Shown piece after piece: positions 1 through 8,934 of a stretch of DNA of 64,000 bases (within the stretch, counting starts at the first letter, position 1; every line of letters starts with the position of its first letter). The stretch comes from Candidatus Methylacidiphilales bacterium (GTDB taxonomy: Bacteria > Verrucomicrobiota > Verrucomicrobiia > Methylacidiphilales > UBA1321). The position numbers were made by a program, and so were the translations under genes. Under the pieces are notes generated by a model that worked only from the letters and a program-made list of their open reading frames with translations, was not told the origin of the DNA and did not search any database. The stretch lies in NCBI GenBank assembly GCA_021272165.1, contig JAJSLK010000047.1, positions 39,379 through 103,378 of the forward strand, read 5' to 3'.

Positions 1-103
1 TGCCTCCCTCCGTGGTAGCTGTCGACCGCCAGGCGACGGTCATACTCCGTCTCCTTCCTCATCCTTTGTTCTCTTTGTGTTCTTTATGGCTAAATGCCTT
101 CCC

Positions 104-1480
104 TCACATCGGCAAAACTTCCTGTAATCCCTGCCACAACGCCTCGGTCATCTGTGCGAGCTGCTCATCGGTCGAGCAATAGGGCGGCATCAGCATCAGT
201 ACATCGCCGATGGGCCGCGTCAGCAGGCCATGCTTTCGGGCCGCCTCGCAAATCTGGTGGCCGATCCGTTCCCCGAAGGGAAACCGCTCGCGCGTCGTGA
301 AATTGCGGACGATTTCGATCGCGCCAATCATCCCTTCCTGCCGCACGTCGCCGACATTCGGATGGCTCCAGAACCGGGACAGCCCTTCCGCCAGTTTCTT
401 TTGCCGGGCCTGATTGCCCTCCAGCGTCTTTTCCGAGTCAAAGATTTTCAGGCTGGCCAGCGCCGCCGCGCACCCGAGCGCATTGCCGGTGTAACTGTGT
501 CCGTGAAAAAACGTCTTCAGCTCGGAATAATCGCCCAGAAAAGCGTCAAAAATTTCGCGGGAAGTCACCGTGGCCGCGACGGGCAGGTAACCGCCCGTGA
601 GTCCCTTGGCCAGCGCCACCAGATCAGGAACGACCTCCTCCTGCTGATACGCAAACATCGTTCCCGTCCGGCCGAAGCCCGTCATCACCTCGTCCAGCAC
701 CAGCCACACGCCCCGCTCCCGGCAGGCCGCGGCCGCTTTTTCCAGATAACCGGCGGGATGCATCAACATTCCCGCTGCACCCTGGACCCGCGGTTCCAGA
801 ACGAAAGCGGAAGCCTTTTCGCCGAGTTCATCCAGAGCTATGTTGAGTTTCCCGACACATTCCCAGTTGCATTGGCGTGTCGCGCGCGCATCCGCTCCCC
901 GTTCCGGCTTCGCGCGATTGTAGGGACACCGGTAGCAGGCGGGACTCATTACCTCGCGCGTCTCGAAAAGCAGCGGCTTGTAAGCCTGGTGAAAAAGCGG
1001 GCTATGCCCCGCGCTCATCGCCCCGACCGTGTCGCCGTGATAACCGCCGCCCAGCGAAATAAAGGTCGTCCGCCCCTTTTCACCGCGCTGGATGCGCGCC
1101 TGGTGAACCATCTTCAGCGCCGCTTCCATCGCCGTCGCCCCGTCGTCGGAGAAAAAGACCTTTCCGTCTTCGATCCCGGTCACCTCGACCAGTTCCCGCG
1201 CCAGCCGCGCCGCCACGTCATTGGTCAGGCCGAGAAAAGAACTGTGGGCGATGCGGTCGAGCTGGTCGCGGATCGCCTGGTCGATCTCCGCCCGGCGATG
1301 CCCGTGCAGGTTTGTCCAGATCGAGGAATTGCCGTCGAGATATTCCCGCCCGTCCTCCGCTTTCAGTATGGTGCCGTGCCCTTCCACGATCACGATCGGC
1401 GCGTGCCCGGGCGAGTTCCAGTCCCGCATTTGCGTGAACGGATGCCAGACATATTCCCGGTCGAAGTCGGCAGAGTTCAT
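104..1480 (-). CDS. bioA: Adenosylmethionine-8-amino-7-oxononanoate aminotransferase
   Basis: VWHPFTQM, YHGDT, DEVMTGFGRTG, AKGLTGGYLP and HGHSYTGN motifs; start placed at MNSADF rather than the longer ORF start (1543). Confidence 0.93.
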   Translation of the reverse strand: MNSADFDREYVWHPFTQMRDWNSPGHAPIVIVEGHGTILKAEDGREYLDGNSSIWTNLHGHRRAEIDQAIRDQLDRIAHSSFLGLTNDVAARLARELVEVTGIEDGKVFFSDDGATAMEAALKMVHQARIQRGEKGRTTFISLGGGYHGDTVGAMSAGHSPLFHQAYKPLLFETREVMSPACYRCPYNRAKPERGADARATRQCNWECVGKLNIALDELGEKASAFVLEPRVQGAAGMLMHPAGYLEKAAAACRERGVWLVLDEVMTGFGRTGTMFAYQQEEVVPDLVALAKGLTGGYLPVAATVTSREIFDAFLGDYSELKTFFHGHSYTGNALGCAAALASLKIFDSEKTLEGNQARQKKLAEGLSRFWSHPNVGDVRQEGMIGAIEIVRNFTTRERFPFGERIGHQICEAARKHGLLTRPIGDVLMLMPPYCSTDEQLAQMTEALWQGLQEVLPM

Positions 1481-1568
1481 CGCCGCCCATATTGACCGAA
1501 AATCGGCCTGTTTAACGACGTATTTTCGCGGCTTGCCTCGCAAAGGTAAATTAGCCTAAAAGAAAGCC

Positions 1569-1751
1569 ATGCGTCTTGCTCTGCTACTCGCTACGCTATT
1601 ATTGGCTGGCTGCGCCGGTATGTCCGACTACAGCCCTGAGACAGGCTCGGCTTCCAGCCTGCAGGGCAATCAGGGCGGCGCCGGGGTCCAGACCTCCATC
1701 TGGTCAACCGATCCCAACAAGCAGACATTGACGAATCAAAAACCGCAATAA
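1569..1751 (+). CDS. Small lipoprotein
   Basis: Hydrophobic signal peptide ending in lipobox LLAG-C; 60 aa. Confidence 0.7.
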   Translation: MRLALLLATLLLAGCAGMSDYSPETGSASSLQGNQGGAGVQTSIWSTDPNKQTLTNQKPQ

Positions 1752-1835
1752 TCGCCCGAGTGCGGCGGTGTCTCGCTCAGGGCCGTGAGGAATTTCTGTT
1801 CTTCGGCCTTATTTCGGATAAGAAATGAGCCTATC

Positions 1836-3041
1836 ATGAAGATTGTTGTCGCTTATTCCGGAGGTCTCGACACCTCCATCATTTTGACCTGGTTGAAGGA
1901 CAAGTATAACGCCGAGATCATCGCCTTTTGCGCCGACATCGGCCAGGAGGAGGAACTCAAGGGCCTCGATAAAAAAGCGCTCAAGACCGGCGCGTCGAAG
2001 TGCTACATCGACGACCTCACCGAGGAATTCGCCCGCGACTTCATCTTCCCCATGATCCGGGCCAACGCGCTCTACGAAAACCAGTATTTCCTCGGCACTA
2101 GCATCGCCCGGCCCCTTATCGCCAAGCGCCAGGTCGAGATCGCGAAGCTTGAAAACGCCGACGCCGTCGCCCACGGTGCCACCGGCAAGGGTAACGACCA
2201 GGTACGCTTCGAGCTCACCTTCGCCGCGCTCGCGCCTCACCTCAAGATCATCGCCCCCTGGCGTGACTGGGAATTCAAGGGCCGCACCGATCTGATGGAA
2301 TACGCCCGTTCCAAGGGCATCTCCGTTCCGGTCAGCGCCAAGAAGCCCTACAGCACCGACCGCAATCTCCTCCACATCAGCTTTGAAAGCGGCATCCTCG
2401 AGGATCCCTGGGTCGAGCCTCCCGCCGACATGTTCAAGCTCAGCGTCTCGCCTGAGAAAGCGCCCAACAAGCCCCAGTACGTTGAACTCGATTTCGTCGA
2501 GGGTAATTGCGTCGCCATCGACGGCAAAAAACTCAGCCCTGCCAACGTCCTGCGTACGCTGAACAAACTCGGCGGCAAACACGGCATCGGCCGCGTCGAC
2601 CTCGTCGAAAACCGCTTCGTCGGCATGAAATCGCGCGGCGTCTATGAAACCCCCGGCGGCGCCATCCTCCACTTCGCCCATCGGCAGCTCGAGACCCTCA
2701 CGCTCGACCGCGAAGTCATGCACCTGCGCGATTCCCTCATCCCGCGCTACTCGGAACTCGTCTACTACGGTTTCTGGTTCGCGCCCGAGCGGGAATTTCT
2801 CCAGGCCGCCGTCGAGGAAAGCCAGAAATACGTCACCGGGACCGTCCGGCTCAAGCTCTACAAGGGCAACCTCATCGTCGCCGGCCGCAAGAGCCCCGTT
2901 TCGCTCTATAACCCACACGTGGCCACGATGGAGGCCGACCAGGGCGCCTATAATCAGGCTGACGCCACCGGCTTCATCCGGCTCAACGCTCTCCGGCTCC
3001 GCACTCGAGCCAATGTTCTCGCGAAGCGGAAAAAGAAGTAG
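1836..3041 (+). CDS. argG: Argininosuccinate synthase
   Basis: [39 protein letters not shown]. Confidence 0.97.
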   Translation: MKIVVAYSGGLDTSIILTWLKDKYNAEIIAFCADIGQEEELKGLDKKALKTGASKCYIDDLTEEFARDFIFPMIRANALYENQYFLGTSIARPLIAKRQVEIAKLENADAVAHGATGKGNDQVRFELTFAALAPHLKIIAPWRDWEFKGRTDLMEYARSKGISVPVSAKKPYSTDRNLLHISFESGILEDPWVEPPADMFKLSVSPEKAPNKPQYVELDFVEGNCVAIDGKKLSPANVLRTLNKLGGKHGIGRVDLVENRFVGMKSRGVYETPGGAILHFAHRQLETLTLDREVMHLRDSLIPRYSELVYYGFWFAPEREFLQAAVEESQKYVTGTVRLKLYKGNLIVAGRKSPVSLYNPHVATMEADQGAYNQADATGFIRLNALRLRTRANVLAKRKKK

Positions 3042-3050
3042 AATCAGCCC

Positions 3051-3830
3051 GTGGGCATCACCGTTCTCAAGAATAATGCTCCCTGGGGACCCTTCACCAG
3101 GGAGCAGGTTGAGGAAGGGCTGCGCCGCGGCGATTTCACCCTTCTCTACCTCGCCCACATCCCCGGTCTGAAGGAATGGCATCCCTTGGGCGAGGTCCTC
3201 CATCTCCTCGACCGCCAGACCTCCCCGCCGACTCACCACGTCCAGTTGCCGCCCGTCCCCGGTTCGCAAAAAACTCCCCCCGCTCTGCCTACGGCCACGC
3301 TTCCTGTTCCACCAGCGGCCAAGCCCGTCCAATCCCCGTTCCTCCCTGTCCCGCCTGCGCCGGAACCGGATCTGCCCAAGGCCTCTTTCTTTCTTCGCTT
3401 CATCGCCTTCGTTCTCGACTGCGTCATCCTTTTCATCCCGGTTGCCCTCGTCTTCGTCCTCGGCGCCGTCACCGTCTGGATCGGCGGCTGGTGGGAAAAA
3501 TCCGATTCCGAATCGATGCGCCAATCGTGGGCCCTTCTCCACCGCAACTTCCATCACCTGCTTCTCCTCGTCGCCATCGGCCTCGGTTGGCTCTACGCCG
3601 CCGGACTCGAATCCTCCCCGCGCCAGGCCACCATCGGCAAGCAATGGATGGGCCTCAAAGTCACCGACGCGCAGGGAAAGCGCATTGGCTTTCTTCAGGC
3701 CAGCGGCCGCCACGCCGCGAAATATCTCTCGGCCTTGCCCTTTTTTCTTGGTTTCATCATGGCGCTCTTCAGCGCGCGCGGCCGCGCCCTGCACGACCGC
3801 CTCGCCAACACCCGAGTCATCCAAGCCTAG
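3051..3830 (+). CDS. GYF_2(DUF4339)-like / Pro-rich linker / RDD-domain membrane protein
   Basis: N-terminal GPF...GLKEW; RFIAFVLD, QATIGK and LHDRLANTRV RDD motifs. Confidence 0.85.
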   Translation: MGITVLKNNAPWGPFTREQVEEGLRRGDFTLLYLAHIPGLKEWHPLGEVLHLLDRQTSPPTHHVQLPPVPGSQKTPPALPTATLPVPPAAKPVQSPFLPVPPAPEPDLPKASFFLRFIAFVLDCVILFIPVALVFVLGAVTVWIGGWWEKSDSESMRQSWALLHRNFHHLLLLVAIGLGWLYAAGLESSPRQATIGKQWMGLKVTDAQGKRIGFLQASGRHAAKYLSALPFFLGFIMALFSARGRALHDRLANTRVIQA

Positions 3831-3839
3831 AATCCGCCG

Positions 3840-4598
3840 GTGAATATCACGGTCCTCAACAAGGGCAACGTCCCCACCGGCCCCTTCACCCGCGCCCAGG
3901 TGATCGAAAAACTCCGCACCGGTGAGTTTTCTCCGGGCGATCTTGCCTTTACCGAGGGCCTTACGCAATGGACGACACTGCGTGACATCCTCGCCGCAGC
4001 CGAGCCCGGTATCCCAGCAACTCCGCAACCCGCTCCGGCCTCCTATACTCCGCCTCCGGTCGCGGCACCCCAGCCATCAGCCGCTTACTCCTACGCCGTC
4101 ACCATGCAACCGCCGGGCCATCTCGTCTACGGCGGATTCTGGCTCCGTTTCGCGGCTCATCTCCTCGACTCCATCTTCCTGACGATTCCGATTCTCGTCG
4201 TACTCCTTGTCATCGGACTGATCATTGTGATCTCAGCCTCCCTCGGTACCTCACTGGGAAACAATCCTTCTCCGGTGGTCATGGGCGTGTTTTTGCCCGT
4301 GGGAATTTTGCTTTTGGAATTCATGATATTCCTTGGCTTCACCGTCCTCACCTGGCTCTACTACGCCCTCCTTGAAAGCAGTCCGCAACAGGCTACCTAC
4401 GGCAAGCGCATCATGGGCCTCAAAGTCACCGGCATGACCGGTGAACGCATCACCTTTGCGCGCGCCACCGGCCGCTTCTTTGCCAAGATGATGAACGGTC
4501 TCATTCCTTTCGCCATCGGCTACATCATGGCCGGGCTCACCGAACGCAAGCAGGCCCTCCACGATTTCGTCGCCGGCACGCTCGTCATTCGGGGCTGA
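3840..4598 (+). CDS. GYF_2-like / RDD-domain membrane protein (tandem paralogue)
   Basis: GPFT...EGLTQW; GFWLRFAAHLLD, QATYGK, QALHDFVAGTLV. Confidence 0.88.
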   Translation: MNITVLNKGNVPTGPFTRAQVIEKLRTGEFSPGDLAFTEGLTQWTTLRDILAAAEPGIPATPQPAPASYTPPPVAAPQPSAAYSYAVTMQPPGHLVYGGFWLRFAAHLLDSIFLTIPILVVLLVIGLIIVISASLGTSLGNNPSPVVMGVFLPVGILLLEFMIFLGFTVLTWLYYALLESSPQQATYGKRIMGLKVTGMTGERITFARATGRFFAKMMNGLIPFAIGYIMAGLTERKQALHDFVAGTLVIRG

Positions 4599-4608
4599 TC
4601 AATTTTCC

Positions 4609-5052
4609 ATGGAAACCTTCGTTCTGCCTGATGGCTACAGCATCTCGACCGATCCCGCGCGCCTCGATGTCGAAGTCATCCATGGCTTCATCTCGCAATC
4701 CTATTGGGCCAAAAATATTCCCCGGGCTCTGATCGAGCGAATGATCAAAAACTCACTCTGCTTCGGACTCTACCATCGCCAAGCTCAGGTCGGTTTCGCC
4801 CGCCTCATCACCGACTACACTACCTTTGCCTACCTCGCCGACGTCTTCGTGCTGCCCGACCATCGCGGGAAAGGACTGAGCAAAGCCCTGGTTCAGGCAG
4901 TCCGCGCCCATCCTGATTTGCAGGGCCTGCGCCGCTGGATGCTCGTCACGCTCGATGCCCAGGGACTCTACCGGCAATTCGGCTTTGAGCCGCTCCAGCA
5001 TCCCGAGCGTCATCTCGAAATTCATCATCCCCATATTTACGAGCAAAGCTGA
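4609..5052 (+). CDS. GNAT family N-acetyltransferase
   Basis: SYWA, QVGFAR, YLADVFVLPDHRGKGL, AQGLYRQFGF. Confidence 0.9.
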   Translation: METFVLPDGYSISTDPARLDVEVIHGFISQSYWAKNIPRALIERMIKNSLCFGLYHRQAQVGFARLITDYTTFAYLADVFVLPDHRGKGLSKALVQAVRAHPDLQGLRRWMLVTLDAQGLYRQFGFEPLQHPERHLEIHHPHIYEQS

Positions 5053-5109
5053 CGGTTCCGCGCCGCGCACATACTTGTCTTTGCCCGTCAAACGAGGTTT
5101 ACTGGAAGG

Positions 5110-6537
5110 ATGCCTCTTGACATCAAAGACCTGGTCACGTCCCGGCTGGGTGAAAACTACGACCTGCACGATCAGTACCTCAACCGCACCCTGGTCAAGG
5201 TGCAGCGCACCATCGGTTTCGACATCGTCTACGCCCGTGCCGAGGGCGCCTATCTCTACGACATGGACGGCAAGGACTACCTCGATTTCCTCTCCGGCTT
5301 CGGCGTCTTCGCCGTCGGGCGCAACCATCCTGCCGTCCAGCAGGCCATCCGTGATGTCCTCGAGCTCAACCTCCCTAACATGGTGCAGCTCGACTCCGCT
5401 CTCATGAGTGGCCTCCTCGCGGAAAAACTCGTCAAGCGCTTCGAGCAGCAGGGTGCTCCCCATCTCGATGCCGTCTTCCTCTGCAACAGCGGCACCGAGG
5501 CCGTCGAAGGCGCGCTCAAGTTCGCCAAGTGCGCCACCGGCCGTCCCCGTCTTCTCTCGCTTAAGAATTCCTATCACGGCCTCAGCTACGGCTCGCTTTC
5601 CATCACCGGCAACAACGCTTTTCACGAAGGCTTCGGCCCCTTTGTCCCCGGCTGCGACACCGTCACCCTCGGCGACATCGCCGAACTTGAGCACGAATTG
5701 AAAAAAGGTGACGTTGCCGCTTTCATCGTTGAGCTGGTCCAGGGCAAGGGCGTCAAGTTCGCGCGAGACGATTACTATAACCGCGCCCAGGCCCTCTGCC
5801 GCAAATACGGCACCCTCTTCATCTGTGACGAAGTGCAGACCGGCCTTGGCCGCACCGGCAAGTGGTTCGCCTTTGAGCACTGGAACCTCGAGCCCGATAT
5901 CGTCACTCTCGCCAAGGCCCTCAGCGGCGGCTACGTCCCCGCCGCGGCCATCGTCACCCGCCGCTCCATCTACCAGAAAACCTTCTCCCGCCTCGACCGC
6001 TGCATCGTCCACTCCACCACCTTCGGCCGCAACAACCTCGCCTGCGCCTGCGGTCTCGCCGCGCTGACTGTCATCGAGGACGAGGGCCTGGTCGACAACG
6101 CCGCGAAAATGGGCGATTACCTTGAAAAGGGCCTTATCGTTCTCAAGGAAAAATACGACATCATCAAGGAAGTTCGCGTCAAGGGACTCATGTGCGCCGT
6201 CGAATTCTCGGAACCGCGCGGCATGATGGCGAAGATGGGTTGGAAACTCGTCCACTCGCTCGATTCGAGCATGTTCCCGCAGCTCATCGTCACGCCGTTG
6301 CTGACGAAACATCGCATCCTCAGCCAGGTCGCCGCCAACCATTCCGACATCGTCAAAATCCTTCCGCCTCTCATCGTGCGCGAAAAGGAAATAGATCGCT
6401 TCGTCAAGGCTCTCGATGAAACCGTCGCCGATCTCGGCAAGTTCCCCGGCCCCATTTGGGAAATGGGCCAGAACTTCGTCAAGGCCATGCGCTCCGGCGA
6501 TTCCCGCGATAAGGAAGTCGCCGTCGTCAAAAGCTGA
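5110..6537 (+). CDS. hpnO: Class III PLP aminotransferase, HpnO-like (aminobacteriohopanetriol synthase-like)
   Basis: LN..LVKV..TIGFD, YLDFLSGFGVFAVGRNHP, DEVQTGLGRTG, AKALSGGYVP, IVHSTTFG; the N-terminus resembles HpnO more than ArgD. Confidence 0.72.
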   Translation: MPLDIKDLVTSRLGENYDLHDQYLNRTLVKVQRTIGFDIVYARAEGAYLYDMDGKDYLDFLSGFGVFAVGRNHPAVQQAIRDVLELNLPNMVQLDSALMSGLLAEKLVKRFEQQGAPHLDAVFLCNSGTEAVEGALKFAKCATGRPRLLSLKNSYHGLSYGSLSITGNNAFHEGFGPFVPGCDTVTLGDIAELEHELKKGDVAAFIVELVQGKGVKFARDDYYNRAQALCRKYGTLFICDEVQTGLGRTGKWFAFEHWNLEPDIVTLAKALSGGYVPAAAIVTRRSIYQKTFSRLDRCIVHSTTFGRNNLACACGLAALTVIEDEGLVDNAAKMGDYLEKGLIVLKEKYDIIKEVRVKGLMCAVEFSEPRGMMAKMGWKLVHSLDSSMFPQLIVTPLLTKHRILSQVAANHSDIVKILPPLIVREKEIDRFVKALDETVADLGKFPGPIWEMGQNFVKAMRSGDSRDKEVAVVKS

Positions 6538-6553
6538 GCGTCCAGGCGGTTGG

Positions 6554-6579
6554 GTAGCCGCCGATGTCCTCATCGGCGG
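6554..6579. repeat. GTAG-preceded hairpin (REP-like or bidirectional terminator) between convergent genes
   Basis: GTAG-CCGCCGATG-tcct-CATCGGCGG, perfect 9-bp stem. Confidence 0.5.
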
Positions 6580-6588
6580 AACGCTGCT

Positions 6589-7563
6589 TTAGGCCGCTTT
6601 CCACCCAAAGTCCCGGTAATCGAACTTCACCGAACCGTCTGTGCCCAGGTCGACCACGCCGAAACCCTCGGGGCAGCCATACATCGGTCCGCGCCAATAG
6701 CTCCCGCATACCGCGCCGCTGTTGATGATTGGCACGCCGCTGATTTCGAGCTGCTCGAAATGGTGCAGGTGTCCCGACAACACCGCCCGCACGTTGTGCC
6801 CCGGAAAATCATCGACCAGCTTTTGCCCGTTCACGCAGACCAGGCTTCTGGACTTTGGCGGTTGATGCCCGGTTGCCGCGTGGGCCAGGATCAGGCCGAG
6901 GGAGAGATTTGATGCCGCCGGGATGTGGCAGCAGATGATCGTCGGCTTGGCCTTGTGCGCGTCCAGATCAGCCCGTAAAAATCCCAGCTCATCATCAAAG
7001 AACTGGCCGATGTAACTCCGGTCCGGTTGCGGCGCGATGTCGTCCAGCACCACAAAATGCCAACCCTTGTGATCGAAACTGTAAAACAGGTGCGGCAGCT
7101 TCAAATAGGACTGGAAGAGTTTCTTCCCATAATGCCGGTCGCTCGTCGAGGCCGCCGGATTGCTCGTCCCGGCCAGATCGTGATTGCCGAAGACCCAATG
7201 TGCGGGCAGGTCGGTATGATCGTTCCAGATTTGCAGAAACGTCTTCAGGTTCTGCTCCGCCTCGTGGATTGCCATGTCCCGGCTGAGATGGACCAGATCG
7301 CCGCCGACCAGGATGAATTCCGGACGCGGCTGCAACGCTTCCACCGCCTTTAGGCAGGCTGCCATGCCCTCGGCGGAGCGTAGCGCCCCGCCTTTCATCA
7401 GGTGAATATCCGTCAGGAAGGCAAAACGGAATGCCGGGGTGGAGAGGCCCGGCGGCTGCGCGGAAAGCGAATCGAACCCGGCCAGGGTCACTGCGCCCGC
7501 GCCGAGAAGCTGCCGGAGAAAATCGCGGCGCGAATAGGGAGGAAAAGACGGTCGGAAAGGCAC
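6589..7563 (-). CDS. Tat-exported calcineurin-like metallophosphoesterase
   Basis: SRRDFL Tat motif; DIH, GD, GNHD, H and GHLH motifs. Confidence 0.9.
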   Translation of the reverse strand: MPFRPSFPPYSRRDFLRQLLGAGAVTLAGFDSLSAQPPGLSTPAFRFAFLTDIHLMKGGALRSAEGMAACLKAVEALQPRPEFILVGGDLVHLSRDMAIHEAEQNLKTFLQIWNDHTDLPAHWVFGNHDLAGTSNPAASTSDRHYGKKLFQSYLKLPHLFYSFDHKGWHFVVLDDIAPQPDRSYIGQFFDDELGFLRADLDAHKAKPTIICCHIPAASNLSLGLILAHAATGHQPPKSRSLVCVNGQKLVDDFPGHNVRAVLSGHLHHFEQLEISGVPIINSGAVCGSYWRGPMYGCPEGFGVVDLGTDGSVKFDYRDFGWKAA

Positions 7564-7570
7564 GGCAGGC

Positions 7571-8875
7571 CTAAGTCTGGCACGAAAAGTGGAGCATCGT
7601 CACGTCGTCATCCAGCAATCCCTTTTCCCGCGACTGTTCATACCATTCCCGGATTGCATCCCACGTCGGTTTCCCGCCGCGCGTTTCTGCGTCCAGGCAG
7701 GCCAGGAATTCATCATAGGAGCCGCGTCCGCCCTGATCGTTGATCAGCTCGTAAAGGCCATCGGTAAAAAGATAGAGCTCCGAGTCGGAGGAAAATTCGA
7801 CCGTCGTCTCGGGAACCTTGAGCTCCGGGAAAACACCCAGCACCGAGCCGCCGGGCTTGGTGCGCATCAATCCCGCCTTTGTCTTATCACGCGAAAAGAT
7901 CAGCGCCGGTGGATGCCCCGCGTTCGCATAGGTCAGCGTCCGGGCCGAACGTGAATAGACTCCGTACCAGACCGAAAAGAATTTTCCGGAGTGGTCCTTC
8001 ATTTGAAACGTCCTGTTCAGCCGCTCGATCACCTCGGACGGACGGGAAAAATCGACCTGGGCTGCGCGGTTGCGGAGCAGTTCCAGCACCGTTACCGCTA
8101 GCAGCGCGGACCCAAACCCGTGTCCGGTCACGTCCAGCACGTAAAGCGCCAGCTTGTCGTCATCGATTCGTCGATAACCCAGGCCGTCGCCGCCGAGTTG
8201 GGTCGAGGGATAGAAATACCAGTCCAACGTTTCCGTTCCCGAAAAGGGCGCGGGCAGCATGCTTTGGACATATTTGGCCGCGTCGGAAAACTCGTGGGCA
8301 AGGCGCGCCTGCGTCTCGACCAGCTTGTGCTGGGTTTCCAGCAGGTCGTTCTGGGTTTGGATGATTTGTCCGAGATTGATTTCGCGCTCCACCAAAGCGG
8401 CGAAGGAAATTAACTGCGCGACGTCCTTCTCTGAAAATTCCCGGGGTTTGATATCGACCAGACAAAAACTCCCGATTTTCTGGCCCCGTGGGCCCGTCAA
8501 GGGAACTCCGGCGTAAAAACGGATATACGGTTTGCCCACCACCAGGGAATGGTTCTTTCCGATCGGGTGCAGATGCGTGTCCGGGATGACGAATGGCGTA
8601 TCGCGATGGATCGTGTATTGGCAGAGCGAAGCAGTGCGTCTTGTCTCCATCTCGCATATTCCGTGCATCGATTTGAACCATTGGCGGTTGCTGTCGATCA
8701 ACGCGACGTAAGCAATGGGCGTCTTGAAAAAATCAGCCGCCAGCTTCGTGATCCGGTCAAAGCGATCCTCCGGCGGTGTGTCGAGCAGGTTCAACGAGCG
8801 TAGCGAATCAAGCCGCTCCGACTCCTGGATCGGATCTAGTATTAGAGTTTCAGGCATGTCCAGAGTAGCACTCAT
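7571..8875 (-). CDS. GAF + SpoIIE/PP2C (RsbU-like) serine phosphatase
   Basis: LDTPPEDRFDRIT and IRFYAGVPL (GAF); GGD, DVTGHG, NAGHPP, FTDGL and DDVT (PP2C). Confidence 0.92.
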   Translation of the reverse strand: MSATLDMPETLILDPIQESERLDSLRSLNLLDTPPEDRFDRITKLAADFFKTPIAYVALIDSNRQWFKSMHGICEMETRRTASLCQYTIHRDTPFVIPDTHLHPIGKNHSLVVGKPYIRFYAGVPLTGPRGQKIGSFCLVDIKPREFSEKDVAQLISFAALVEREINLGQIIQTQNDLLETQHKLVETQARLAHEFSDAAKYVQSMLPAPFSGTETLDWYFYPSTQLGGDGLGYRRIDDDKLALYVLDVTGHGFGSALLAVTVLELLRNRAAQVDFSRPSEVIERLNRTFQMKDHSGKFFSVWYGVYSRSARTLTYANAGHPPALIFSRDKTKAGLMRTKPGGSVLGVFPELKVPETTVEFSSDSELYLFTDGLYELINDQGGRGSYDEFLACLDAETRGGKPTWDAIREWYEQSREKGLLDDDVTMLHFSCQT

Positions 8876-8934
8876 ACCCTGCTATTCTATCCTAACTTTG
8901 GGGGCCCACAAGGCCGGTTGGGAAAGACACGTTC

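Noticed and set aside
1-62. Start of a minus-strand gene running off the window
   Set aside because: Too short to choose a frame or product
3039-3050. Genome-wide amber reassignment (two internal TAGs, in-frame junctions)
   Set aside because: TAG ends argG and gatC at normal C-termini; no suppressor tRNA or pyl genes seen
1809-4028. Long antisense ORFs (also 4753-6573, 17618-19045, 21839-23374, 35834-37633, 48832-50904, 62196-63728)
   Set aside because: Stop-poor shadows of high-GC genes with no recognisable motifs
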